From contig CAWIIB010000009.1 in assembly GCA_963836075.1 (NCBI GenBank), forward strand, positions 3,200,001 through 3,264,000: 64,000 nucleotides of DNA. Reading direction: 5' to 3'. Positions 18,536 through 26,595 of the stretch are shown here, one piece after another. The translations under genes were made by a program, and so were the position numbers. Numbering within the stretch: position 1 is the stretch's first letter; each line of letters opens with the position of its first letter. The notes beneath the pieces are model-generated. The model did no database searches. It was not told the DNA's origin and worked only from the letters and a program-made list of their open reading frames with translations. Origin of the DNA: an uncultured Acidobacteriota bacterium. GTDB taxonomy: Bacteria; Acidobacteriota; JAQAZP01.

Positions 18536-18633
18536 CGAAACGACCTCCCTGGAATTCAAAGCATTTAACCGGTATCCGAAATGAGAGTCTTCAATTGCTG
18601 ACAGTATACCAAATGAAACCCCTTTTTGACGTT

Positions 18634-19491
18634 TCAACGCTCGGGACCCAGGTCGAGGTAGTTGTCCATCCGGCCGCCCAGCAGGCCGCTCGCCAGATGG
18701 TAGAGAGCGAAGAGTTCGAGGCCGAAGGGGAGGTAGCCGCCGTAGCCGAGGAGCGGCATCTCGAAGACATGGGCAAAATCGACGAAGGGCACGGTGTAAA
18801 CCCAGCGGGGAAAGGCCCAGTAGTTCCAGAGTTCCCAGAAGAAGCCGCAGACCAGCGCACCCAGCGCCAGGGAGAGGTGGGGTGCCCGGTTGCCCCGGGC
18901 CGCGGCCTGCTCGAGAGTGCGGTGGCCCAGCAGCCCGTTGAGCGCTGCGGTGACCAGGTAGGGCGCCACCCAGACAAAGGGGAAGAAGTAGCGGGGGAGG
19001 GCCAGGGTCAGGGAGAGGAGCAGGGCGCCGGCCAGCAGCATCAGCAGACGGCGGGCCGTGGTGTCCGGCAGCGGTCTGCCGTTGGAGAAACGGCGGACAA
19101 AGGCGAAACCGGAGAACCACTCTGCGGTGACGAAGACGGCGGGGATGACGGTGGAAAAGCTGACCGAGGCCAGAACGGCATACTCCAGGTCGCTGAACAG
19201 TTCCCGTCCCTGGTAGTGCCAGTTCTGCGTGCGCCAGTTGATCAGTTCGAAGAGCCACCAGGCCGGGGCGGAGACGAGGAACAGGCCGGCGAAGCGCCGC
19301 GGGCCGCGCAGCAGCAGGGAGTCGCCGCTCCGCCGGGCACTGAGAGCGTCCACCACGAGAATGTAGCCGAGCCAGAGGGGAAAGAAGAGAATGTGCGTGC
19401 GCGGGCCGTCCATTCCCCAGTTCAGCGGCCAGCAGACCGCCAGCAGCAGCAGACCGGCCCAGCCATGGAGCGGCCACCGTCGGCGGTTCAT
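18634..19491 (-). CDS. Hypothetical multi-pass membrane protein
   Basis: Hydrophobic, with an internally repeated motif (WWLFELINWRTQNWHY / FFWELWNYWAFPRWVY). ATGA overlap with the S9 peptidase stop. Confidence 0.7.
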   Translation of the reverse strand: MNRRRWPLHGWAGLLLLAVCWPLNWGMDGPRTHILFFPLWLGYILVVDALSARRSGDSLLLRGPRRFAGLFLVSAPAWWLFELINWRTQNWHYQGRELFSDLEYAVLASVSFSTVIPAVFVTAEWFSGFAFVRRFSNGRPLPDTTARRLLMLLAGALLLSLTLALPRYFFPFVWVAPYLVTAALNGLLGHRTLEQAAARGNRAPHLSLALGALVCGFFWELWNYWAFPRWVYTVPFVDFAHVFEMPLLGYGGYLPFGLELFALYHLASGLLGGRMDNYLDLGPER

Positions 19492-21680
19492 CGCTCGCTC
19501 TCCGGTGGAGCGTCGGCAGCCGCCGCAGCGGCGGGCTGACCGTCCCGCTTGAGCCACTGGTCGAACCAGTCGAGGATCGAGGCGAGCCAGAACTGCTGGT
19601 CCGCCGGTTTGAGGATCCAGTGCCCCTCGGCGGGGAAGCGGATCATTTTCGAGGGTACGCCGCGGCGCTGGAGCGCGCTGAACATCGCCTCGCCGCCGGA
19701 GATGTGGACCCGCCAGTCCAGGTCGCCGTGGGTGATCAGGTGCGGCGTGGAGAACTTTTCGGCATAGCGGATCGGGGACCAGCGGTCGGCCTGTTCCGGG
19801 TCGGCCCAGGGCGGGCCGCCCGATTCCCACTCCGGAAACCAGAGTTCTTCGGTGCAGCCCCAGGATACCCACTGGTCCGCTTCCCCGGCATGGGAAACCA
19901 GCACGCTCCACATCCCGTCCTCGTTGTGCCCCTGGAACCAGTTGCAGAGGAATCCGCCGAAGGAGCCGCCCCAGGCCCCGACCCTGTCGGGGTCGATGAA
20001 GGGGTATTGCCGGAGCACGTGGCGCACACCCAGGCGGATGTCTTCCACCACCCGGCCGTCCCAGTCGCCGTTGATCTGGTCGGTGAATTCCTGGCCGTAT
20101 CCGGTGGAGCCCCGGGGGTTGCAGAAGAAGACCGCGTACCCGGCGCCGGCGAAAATGGCGAACTCGTGGCGGAAGGCGTAGCCGAACATTTGCTGCGGGC
20201 CGCCGTGGAGCCGCACCAGCAGCGGGTAGCGCTTTTGCGGATCGAAGCCCACGGGCCGGGCGAGAAAACCGTGCACCGGCGTGCCATCGGCGCCGGGGTA
20301 GAAGAACGATTCGGCATCGGGGATGTAGCGGGTGAGGTAGAGCTCGGCGTTGGTACTGGTGAGCTGATGCGGATCGCCTTTGAGCTGCGGCAGGTCTGCG
20401 GCTTTTTTGTCCGGGCGGGTGGCGGCGCGGACCAGCTCGTAGTAGCGGGTCATGGTCCGGTGGCGGTAGACCAGGAAGGAGCGGTCCGGGGCCTGCTGCA
20501 CATCCAGGTGATACCCATGACCTGCTCCGCCGTCGCCACCGAGCACCAGTCGGACCTCGCCGCCCCCCACCCCCACGCCGAAGAGGTTGATGTCGCCCTG
20601 CTGTTCGGCCTCGAAGAGGATCGCCTCGCCGCTGCGGTCCCAGAAGAGGCGGCCGACGCTGTAGTCGAAACCGGCGGTGAGGGTGCGGGTTTCTCGCGTT
20701 TCCAGGTCCATCACCACCAGGTCGTACTGGTCGGACTCGTACCCGGGGCGGGCGGTGGCCCGCCAGGCCAGGAGCCGGCCGTCAGGGGAGAGGCGGGGCA
20801 GGGTGTCGGCCGCCGGGCTGGTGGTGATCTGCTGCACCGCGCCGCCGGCCACCGGGACACGCCAGATGTTCATGTCATAGGAGAGCGCACGGTTGTCGTC
20901 CTGGTTGCCCGCAAAGTAGAGCCAGGACCCGTCAGGGGAAAAGTCGAATTCCCGGCCGGCCGAGGCCAGCCAGTGGGTCAGGGCATCGTACTGCAGGTCC
21001 GGGGTGAGGTCCACCGCAGGGCCGCCGTCGGTGGAAACCAGGAAGAGGTGTGCCGCCTTGCCGTCCTCGTAGCGGTTCCAGTGGCGGTACAAAAGGGTGT
21101 GGTGCACTCTGGCGGTGACCTGGCGATCCTGCTTCTCCCGGTCCCGCTCAGCGGTGCAGGGGAGGTCGGGGCAGTCGGGGTAGACCCGGGCGGTGAAGAG
21201 CAGCGAGGTCCCATTGGGCGCCCACCAGAGATTGCCTGTCCCGCCATGGACGTCGGTGATCCGCTTCGCTTCGCCGCCCGCCAGCGGCAACAGGTGCACC
21301 TGGGGTTTGCCGCCATGGCGCGTGGAGAGGAAGGCCAGGGTTTTGCCGTCCGGCGACCAGCGGGGCGATTTGTCCGACCCGTGGTGGTGGGTCAGCTGCC
21401 GCGCTTCGCCGCCGGCGGCGGGCACCAGCCAGATGTCGGCGTTCTTGCGGTTCTCCGCCACGTCGGTGGTGGTGACCACGTAGGCCACCATGGTTCCATC
21501 GGGGGAGAGCTGCGGGTCGGAAACCGCTTTCAGCTGGTGGATGTCGGCGGGCGTGTAGGGACGTTCTCCGGCGCTGGCCGTTCCCGGGCGCGCCGAGCAG
21601 AGCCCGGCGGCCATGATCAGGGTAAGCAGTGTCATGGTCTGTCTGAGGGACTTCACGTCAATTCTCCCGGGTTTGGCCAT
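19488..21680 (-). CDS. S9 family peptidase (dipeptidyl/acylaminoacyl peptidase-like) with a PD40 propeller and signal peptide
   Basis: SPDG repeats, HGGPQ, NPRGSTGYG, GGSFGG nucleophile, HGDLDWRV and EGHWI. Confidence 0.92.
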   Translation of the reverse strand: MAKPGRIDVKSLRQTMTLLTLIMAAGLCSARPGTASAGERPYTPADIHQLKAVSDPQLSPDGTMVAYVVTTTDVAENRKNADIWLVPAAGGEARQLTHHHGSDKSPRWSPDGKTLAFLSTRHGGKPQVHLLPLAGGEAKRITDVHGGTGNLWWAPNGTSLLFTARVYPDCPDLPCTAERDREKQDRQVTARVHHTLLYRHWNRYEDGKAAHLFLVSTDGGPAVDLTPDLQYDALTHWLASAGREFDFSPDGSWLYFAGNQDDNRALSYDMNIWRVPVAGGAVQQITTSPAADTLPRLSPDGRLLAWRATARPGYESDQYDLVVMDLETRETRTLTAGFDYSVGRLFWDRSGEAILFEAEQQGDINLFGVGVGGGEVRLVLGGDGGAGHGYHLDVQQAPDRSFLVYRHRTMTRYYELVRAATRPDKKAADLPQLKGDPHQLTSTNAELYLTRYIPDAESFFYPGADGTPVHGFLARPVGFDPQKRYPLLVRLHGGPQQMFGYAFRHEFAIFAGAGYAVFFCNPRGSTGYGQEFTDQINGDWDGRVVEDIRLGVRHVLRQYPFIDPDRVGAWGGSFGGFLCNWFQGHNEDGMWSVLVSHAGEADQWVSWGCTEELWFPEWESGGPPWADPEQADRWSPIRYAEKFSTPHLITHGDLDWRVHISGGEAMFSALQRRGVPSKMIRFPAEGHWILKPADQQFWLASILDWFDQWLKRDGQPAAAAAADAPPESER

Positions 21681-21798
21681 TCATCTGGATATCATCAATG
21701 TTTCCATTGTCATACGTGGGCCTGTCTGAAAATCCATCTTATGTCCAACGGCAGAGGCGGTCAAGAATCGGCACGCGGTGATATACTTCCATACCATC

Positions 21799-22188
21799 AT
21801 GTGGATGCGAAGAAAAAAGAAGGACCAGCCCGCGGTCAACATGCTCGACCTGACCCCGGTGCGGCAGCTGGAATCGGAAACCGGGCCGGACGGGCGGGTG
21901 ACGCTGCTCAAACCGCGGTTCACCAACCGGCTGCTGGTCAAATACCTGATGCCCCGGTTTTCCCGTCCCAATTTTCAGGTCACCCTCGACGAATTCGGCA
22001 GCCACGTCTGGAACCGCATCGACGGTTCAGCCACCGTGCGCGACATCGGCGGGAGCCTCCGCGAGGCTTTTGGTGAGGAGGTGGAGCCGGTGTACCAGCG
22101 CCTGGGCCTTTTTTTCAGACAGCTTGCGGCCAACCGGTTCATCCAGTTCACCGGCTGGCCAGGTACGGACGGCACACCGCTGGAATGA
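21799..22188 (+). CDS. Stand-alone PqqD-family protein
   Basis: LDEFGSHVWNRIDGSATVRDIG...FFRQLAANRFI, the PqqD pattern. Confidence 0.8.
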   Translation: MWMRRKKKDQPAVNMLDLTPVRQLESETGPDGRVTLLKPRFTNRLLVKYLMPRFSRPNFQVTLDEFGSHVWNRIDGSATVRDIGGSLREAFGEEVEPVYQRLGLFFRQLAANRFIQFTGWPGTDGTPLE

Positions 22189-22316
22189 AATTCAGCGATC
22201 TGCCGCTGAACCTTGTTTTTTTTCCCGCCGCACCCAATATTAAAAGCAACAGCCGTTTCCCCTGATTTGAACGGCCGGGCTGCGGTCCGGTGCGCAGCGA
22301 AAAAGGAGAGAGCGTG

Positions 22317-22616
22317 ATGCACACCTATTTTCTGGCAACAAAGCTGTCCCCCGAGAGCGCCGTGAACGCCGAAGCGATCAAGGACAATGGCAAGAAGTGG
22401 CTTGATTCGGTAAAGCGGAACTGCCCGGGGGTGAAGTGGCTCGACCATTACGCGCTGTTCGGTCAATACGACTTCATCAGCATCTACCAGGCGCCGGACG
22501 TGGACACCGCGGCCAAGGTCTCGGTGATCAGCATGTCCCTGGGCGCCCAGAAGGCTGAGAGCTGGCCGGCCATTCCCTACGCCGACTTTATCAAGATGCT
22601 CGACGCCATCGAGTAG
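22317..22616 (+). CDS. GYD-domain protein
   Basis: YALFGQYDFISIYQAPD...AESWPA. AAGGAG RBS. Confidence 0.85.
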   Translation: MHTYFLATKLSPESAVNAEAIKDNGKKWLDSVKRNCPGVKWLDHYALFGQYDFISIYQAPDVDTAAKVSVISMSLGAQKAESWPAIPYADFIKMLDAIE

Positions 22617-22631
22617 TGGGTGACGCCAGGC

Positions 22632-24716
22632 TCAGCGCCGGGCCGCGGGTGTTTCGCCGCGGGCCAGCCTGAACAGCGCTTCCCAGCAGAGGTCCTCCAC
22701 ATCCCGCCCGTCGGAGAGGTGCGTGCCGCTGCGCTGGTCCAGGGCGGCGGTGTAGGCTGCCCTGGCCTGTCCGGTGTTTCCCTGCCGTTCCAGTGCCTGC
22801 CCCCGGGCGTAGTGGGCCACTGCCCGGGGTGCCGCCTGGTCCCCGTCAGCCGGGCCGGGGCAGGCCGCGAGGATCATTTCAGCAAGCTCCAGCACCAGCG
22901 GCGGGTTCTCTCCGCTTTCGGACAAGGCGGCCAGCAGCAGGGCGCGGGTCACCTCGGTCCGCTGTTCGGGGTAGCTGCGCAACAGCCGTTCCAGGTGGCG
23001 CAGCGAGGAAGCGCCATCCCCCTCGCTCTGCTTCAGCGCGGCCAGGGCCCACAGCGCCTCCACCGCGTGGGGACTGGTGGGGTAGCGGGTGAGGAGCTGC
23101 TCCTGCAGCAGGCGTTCGGCCTCGGAGCGGAAACCGTAGTCGCTGAGGGCGCCGCAGAGGACCAGGAAGGCCTGGTCGGGTTCGTCCATCCCCGTCAGTT
23201 CGGTGCAGCTCTGCTCCAGCAGTCCGGCCGCATCTCCGGGGCGCTCCAGGCGGCGCAGGGCGGCGTAGGAACCGGCGGCCAGACGGGCGGTGTTTTCACC
23301 GCTGAGGGAAGCGCTGTCCAGGGCGGACCAGCTGTCCAGGGCGTCTGCGGGACGTGCCTGACGCAGGTGGTCTTCGCCGGCCTGAATGGTGCCGCTCACG
23401 GTCAGGCCCTGGTGGAACAGCAGGTCTCCGGTTGCGGGGTCGATCACCTGCAGCGCACCGTCGCCGCTGATCCAGGCCAGGCGGCCGCCGTCGGGGCATG
23501 CTGCGGCGAGGCGGTCCCGCTGGTTCTCCGAGACCACGCGGTTGCCGCTGCCATCCGGGGCGACACTGATCACGGTGCCGGTGTTGTCGTCGTCCGGCAG
23601 ACCAAGGTAGTAGGCCAGCTTCGAGCCGTCGGCGCTCCAGGCCAGGGGCAGGGCCAGGCCGGGGAGGCTGACCTCAGTCTCTTCACCGGCCTCGGAGGTG
23701 ACGCGAACTTCCAGCAACAGGTCGTCGTTCCCGTCGCGGATTCCGGAACTGGCGGCATAGGCCAGGCGCTTGCCGTCCGGGCTGTAGACCGGCGCCAGGC
23801 CGAACAGATCGTGCGCGATGGGGTGGGCTTCAGCGCTGTCCGGCCGCATGAGGAGCAGGGTTGCGAAGTCGTCCTCCTCCTCGACGGCTCCCTGCGCTGT
23901 GCGGGCGGACCACCTCGAACCGCGAGGGGGGGTGTCTTCCACGATGATGGCCAGGGTGTCGGCGGTGGGTGACCAGGTGAGGGAGGGCTGCGTTTCAGCG
24001 GTGCCGCTGCCGGCGGGCCAGAGTTCGAGAGGATTTGGCCGTTGCTCCCCATTGTGGTGGAAGACGGCAATTCTCGTTCCAGCGGCGGCACTTCCCGGCA
24101 CGGCCACGGCCAGCTGGGAACCATCGCGGCAGCCGCTGATCACCATCCACTCTCCTGCGGTGGAGGCGAATCTCGATCGGGAGCCGCTGGCCGGATCGAT
24201 GCGCACCAGACGGTAGACCTCATCCTGGCCAAGATCCTGGGCGGCCAGGGTGCCGTCGGCCAGGGGGATGAAGGCTTCGGTGGCGGAAAAGTACCCTCCC
24301 CGGGCGCCGGTGTAGTGAATCAGGCCCACCTCGGTCGCAATGCCGGAGTTGATGTCGATGCCCATGATCGCCGCCGGGCGGCGTTCATCCTCCTCCCCGC
24401 CGGTGGTGCGGGCGCAGAAGAGTGTCCTGCCATGGGGAGCCCAGCGCGGCGCCAGCAGGTGGGGCAGGGCGGACGACTGTTCGACGGTGAGCAGTTTTCT
24501 CGTCGTGCCGCTTTCCGGCTCCACCAGCCAGAGTTCACTGCGGTCGCCGTCCTCGTTGCCGATGCACACCGCCAGCCGGTTTCCATCGGGTGACCAGGCC
24601 GCCAGGCTGGTGCTGCGGTTGAGCAGGCTGAAGTGACAGCCGGAGAGGATTAGCAGCGCCACGGCTGACAGTGCGAGGGCGGTCAGCGGCCGGCGTGGGG
24701 GTCTCTTTCTATTCAT
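22632..24716 (-). CDS. Lipoprotein with a TolB-like (PD40) beta-propeller and a C-terminal TPR region
   Basis: Lipobox LSGC. WSPDG, WAPHG, YSPDG and WSADG repeats. TPR-like RYPTSPHAVEALWALA. Confidence 0.75.
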   Translation of the reverse strand: MNRKRPPRRPLTALALSAVALLILSGCHFSLLNRSTSLAAWSPDGNRLAVCIGNEDGDRSELWLVEPESGTTRKLLTVEQSSALPHLLAPRWAPHGRTLFCARTTGGEEDERRPAAIMGIDINSGIATEVGLIHYTGARGGYFSATEAFIPLADGTLAAQDLGQDEVYRLVRIDPASGSRSRFASTAGEWMVISGCRDGSQLAVAVPGSAAAGTRIAVFHHNGEQRPNPLELWPAGSGTAETQPSLTWSPTADTLAIIVEDTPPRGSRWSARTAQGAVEEEDDFATLLLMRPDSAEAHPIAHDLFGLAPVYSPDGKRLAYAASSGIRDGNDDLLLEVRVTSEAGEETEVSLPGLALPLAWSADGSKLAYYLGLPDDDNTGTVISVAPDGSGNRVVSENQRDRLAAACPDGGRLAWISGDGALQVIDPATGDLLFHQGLTVSGTIQAGEDHLRQARPADALDSWSALDSASLSGENTARLAAGSYAALRRLERPGDAAGLLEQSCTELTGMDEPDQAFLVLCGALSDYGFRSEAERLLQEQLLTRYPTSPHAVEALWALAALKQSEGDGASSLRHLERLLRSYPEQRTEVTRALLLAALSESGENPPLVLELAEMILAACPGPADGDQAAPRAVAHYARGQALERQGNTGQARAAYTAALDQRSGTHLSDGRDVEDLCWEALFRLARGETPAARR

Positions 24717-25236
24717 GTTTCGCGAGCTCCTTGGCAACCTGGTCGGCGAGGAGCAGCGTCTCGTCGGCCAGCGGGTGGTCCGGATAGAAAAGCACTACCT
24801 TATTCAACACTTCGGCCGCTTCAGCCGGACGGTCCAGCGGGCCGTGGAGCAGGAGGCCCAGGTCGATGAGCAGTCGTGGTATGGCTGCGGATCCCGGGTG
24901 GGCCTGGATGGCGTCCAGCAGGGCAGCGCCGGCAGCCGCATGGTTTCCCAGCGACTGTTCCAATTCCACCAGGCGCAGGCGAGCGTCCAGGCTGCTTTCA
25001 GGGTCGGTTCGGTCGTCAATAATAATATTCAGCAGTTTCCGTGCCTGCTCGGAGGCGGTTACTCCGTCCCTGACACGGTGCAGAAGTGTGTCAACCTTCT
25101 CCAGTGCGGCCTCGGGGTGCCGGCGCACATCCTCCTGGTCGAGGGTGCCAGCTGGGCCGGTGGTGGAGCGGGTGATGAGCAGGATGGCCAGGGCGGCGAC
25201 CATCAGGAACAGGAGAAGGGCTGCGATGCGATTCAT
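24709..25236 (-). CDS. Membrane-anchored TPR protein
   Basis: N-terminal TM helix and BamD/CpoB-like TPR signatures (HPGS, YPDHPLADE). Confidence 0.7.
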   Translation of the reverse strand: MNRIAALLLFLMVAALAILLITRSTTGPAGTLDQEDVRRHPEAALEKVDTLLHRVRDGVTASEQARKLLNIIIDDRTDPESSLDARLRLVELEQSLGNHAAAGAALLDAIQAHPGSAAIPRLLIDLGLLLHGPLDRPAEAAEVLNKVVLFYPDHPLADETLLLADQVAKELAKHE

Positions 25237-25246
25237 GGTTTTTGCC

Positions 25247-25780
25247 TCAGAGGTCCAGCGGGCGTTGAGTATCTCCGCGGCGACGGGTCTGTTTGAACCG
25301 GCGCAGGTCTTCGGGGATGTTCCGTCGGCGGTCGAAAAGCGTTCCGTCGAGCAGGGACGGTGCCGGCCTCTCCTCGCCGGTCAATGCGGCACCGTACACG
25401 GCGGAGCCGGCTGGGGCGTGCGCCGGCCCCGGCCGCCAGAACTCCAGTGCGGTCTGCAGGCCCACCACCAGCAGCGCGGTGGCCGCGGCGGTGAGCAGGG
25501 TCCGGGTCAGCAGGCCCACTCGACGGATCGGGATCACCGGGGCCGCGGCCACTTTTCTCGACGATTCGGCCGCCCGGGCCATCACCGTGGTGTGAAACCC
25601 CGCCCCGGGCTCGACGTCCGCATGGGTGCGGAGCAGGCGCAGCGATTCGAAGAGTTCGCTCTCCTCCTCGAGACAGCGGTCGCAGCCGGCCAGGTGGGCG
25701 TGGACCGCACGTTGCTCGTCGCGGTGCAGGTCTCCGAGCACCGCGGCGGCCAGAAGTTCGCTTGCCTCGTTGCAGTTCAT
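25247..25780 (-). CDS. Zinc-finger (ZAS, zf-HC2) anti-sigma factor with one TM helix
   Basis: MNC...HLAGCDRC motif, a TM segment, and position directly downstream of the ECF sigma. Confidence 0.85.
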   Translation of the reverse strand: MNCNEASELLAAAVLGDLHRDEQRAVHAHLAGCDRCLEEESELFESLRLLRTHADVEPGAGFHTTVMARAAESSRKVAAAPVIPIRRVGLLTRTLLTAAATALLVVGLQTALEFWRPGPAHAPAGSAVYGAALTGEERPAPSLLDGTLFDRRRNIPEDLRRFKQTRRRGDTQRPLDL

Positions 25781-25784
25781 GATC

Positions 25785-26357
25785 TTACTCCTCGATGTTC
25801 TTTCCCAGCAGCCCGCATTCTTTGAGCCGGCGGCGAAGCAGGGCCAGCCCCTTGTGCATTCTCACCCGTGCCGCGCCTTCGCTGCAGCCCACCACTGAGG
25901 CGATCTCCGCGTAGGTCAACTCCCGTTGGGAGCGCAGGACCAGCACCGGACGATACGTCTCGGGCAGGGTGTCGATCTCCTGCTGGACGCGCCGGGTGAG
26001 ATCGCTGTGGATCGCCGCCATTTCCGGGGTCACTTCCGGCCGGTCCTGGCAGGGTTGTTCCGTTTCGTCCATAGCGGTTGTCCGGCTGCTGATCCAGGAC
26101 CGGCGGGCATCCACAAACAGGCGGTAGGCGATGGTGTAGAGCCAGGTGGTGAAGCGGCCAACCGGGCGGTAGCGTTCGCATGATTCGTAAACCCGGAGGA
26201 ACGTTTCCTGGGCCAGGTCCTCGGCCGTGTCCCTGCTCCCGCTGAGCCGGGTGAGAAAGCCAACCAGCCCGCGCTGGTGGCGCAGGACGATGGCCGAAAG
26301 CGCCTCCATGTCCCCGCCGCTCATCCGGCTCATCAACTGGTTGTCTGACGCGGCCAT
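25785..26357 (-). CDS. ECF sigma-70 family factor
   Basis: AEDLAQETFLRV, FTTWLYTIA, LPETYRPVLVLR and TYAEIASVVG (regions 2 and 4). Confidence 0.92.
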   Translation of the reverse strand: MAASDNQLMSRMSGGDMEALSAIVLRHQRGLVGFLTRLSGSRDTAEDLAQETFLRVYESCERYRPVGRFTTWLYTIAYRLFVDARRSWISSRTTAMDETEQPCQDRPEVTPEMAAIHSDLTRRVQQEIDTLPETYRPVLVLRSQRELTYAEIASVVGCSEGAARVRMHKGLALLRRRLKECGLLGKNIEE

Positions 26358-26385
26358 TGATCACCCTCTGCTGTTGTTCACAGGG

Positions 26386-26413
26386 TACACGATTGGCAAT
26401 GCCGCTGCGTTAC
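26386..26413 (-). promoter_or_regulatory. Putative autoregulatory ECF promoter
   Basis: Minus strand GTAAC-N17-CGTGTA, about 30 bp upstream of the ECF sigma ATG. Confidence 0.55.
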
Positions 26414-26421
26414 GAATTTTT

Positions 26422-26523
26422 TGAGGGACAGGTGCTGTCTACATGAGCATAGTTGTCGGGAGATCACGGGCCGGGATGGGAAAGGGTGACAGGAATGCTT
26501 GTGCAGACAGCACCTGTCCCTCA
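26422..26523. repeat. MITE-like element: 29-bp imperfect terminal inverted repeats around a 44-bp spacer
   Basis: Left arm TGAGGGACAGGTGCTGTCTACATGAGCAT; reverse complement of the right arm TGAGGGACAGGTGCTGTCTGCACAAGCAT (26 of 29 identical, outer 19 perfect). Confidence 0.8.
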
Positions 26524-26557
26524 TTTAAATCGTTGTCTTTCAAAGTTTAAGCTGGAT

Positions 26558-26584
26558 CGGGGGCGGGCGGGATGCCCGCCCCCG
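26558..26584. terminator. GC-rich hairpin just downstream of the M20 peptidase (terminator- or REP-like)
   Basis: CGGGGGCGGGC-GGGAT-GCCCGCCCCCG, with no clear U-tract. Confidence 0.4.
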
Positions 26585-26595
26585 GGGGGCTCAGG

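Noticed and set aside
16544-19477. 977-aa ORF as a single fusion protein
   Set aside because: A chance open frame in GC-rich DNA that runs through three separate genes. ArnT homology starts at 18148.
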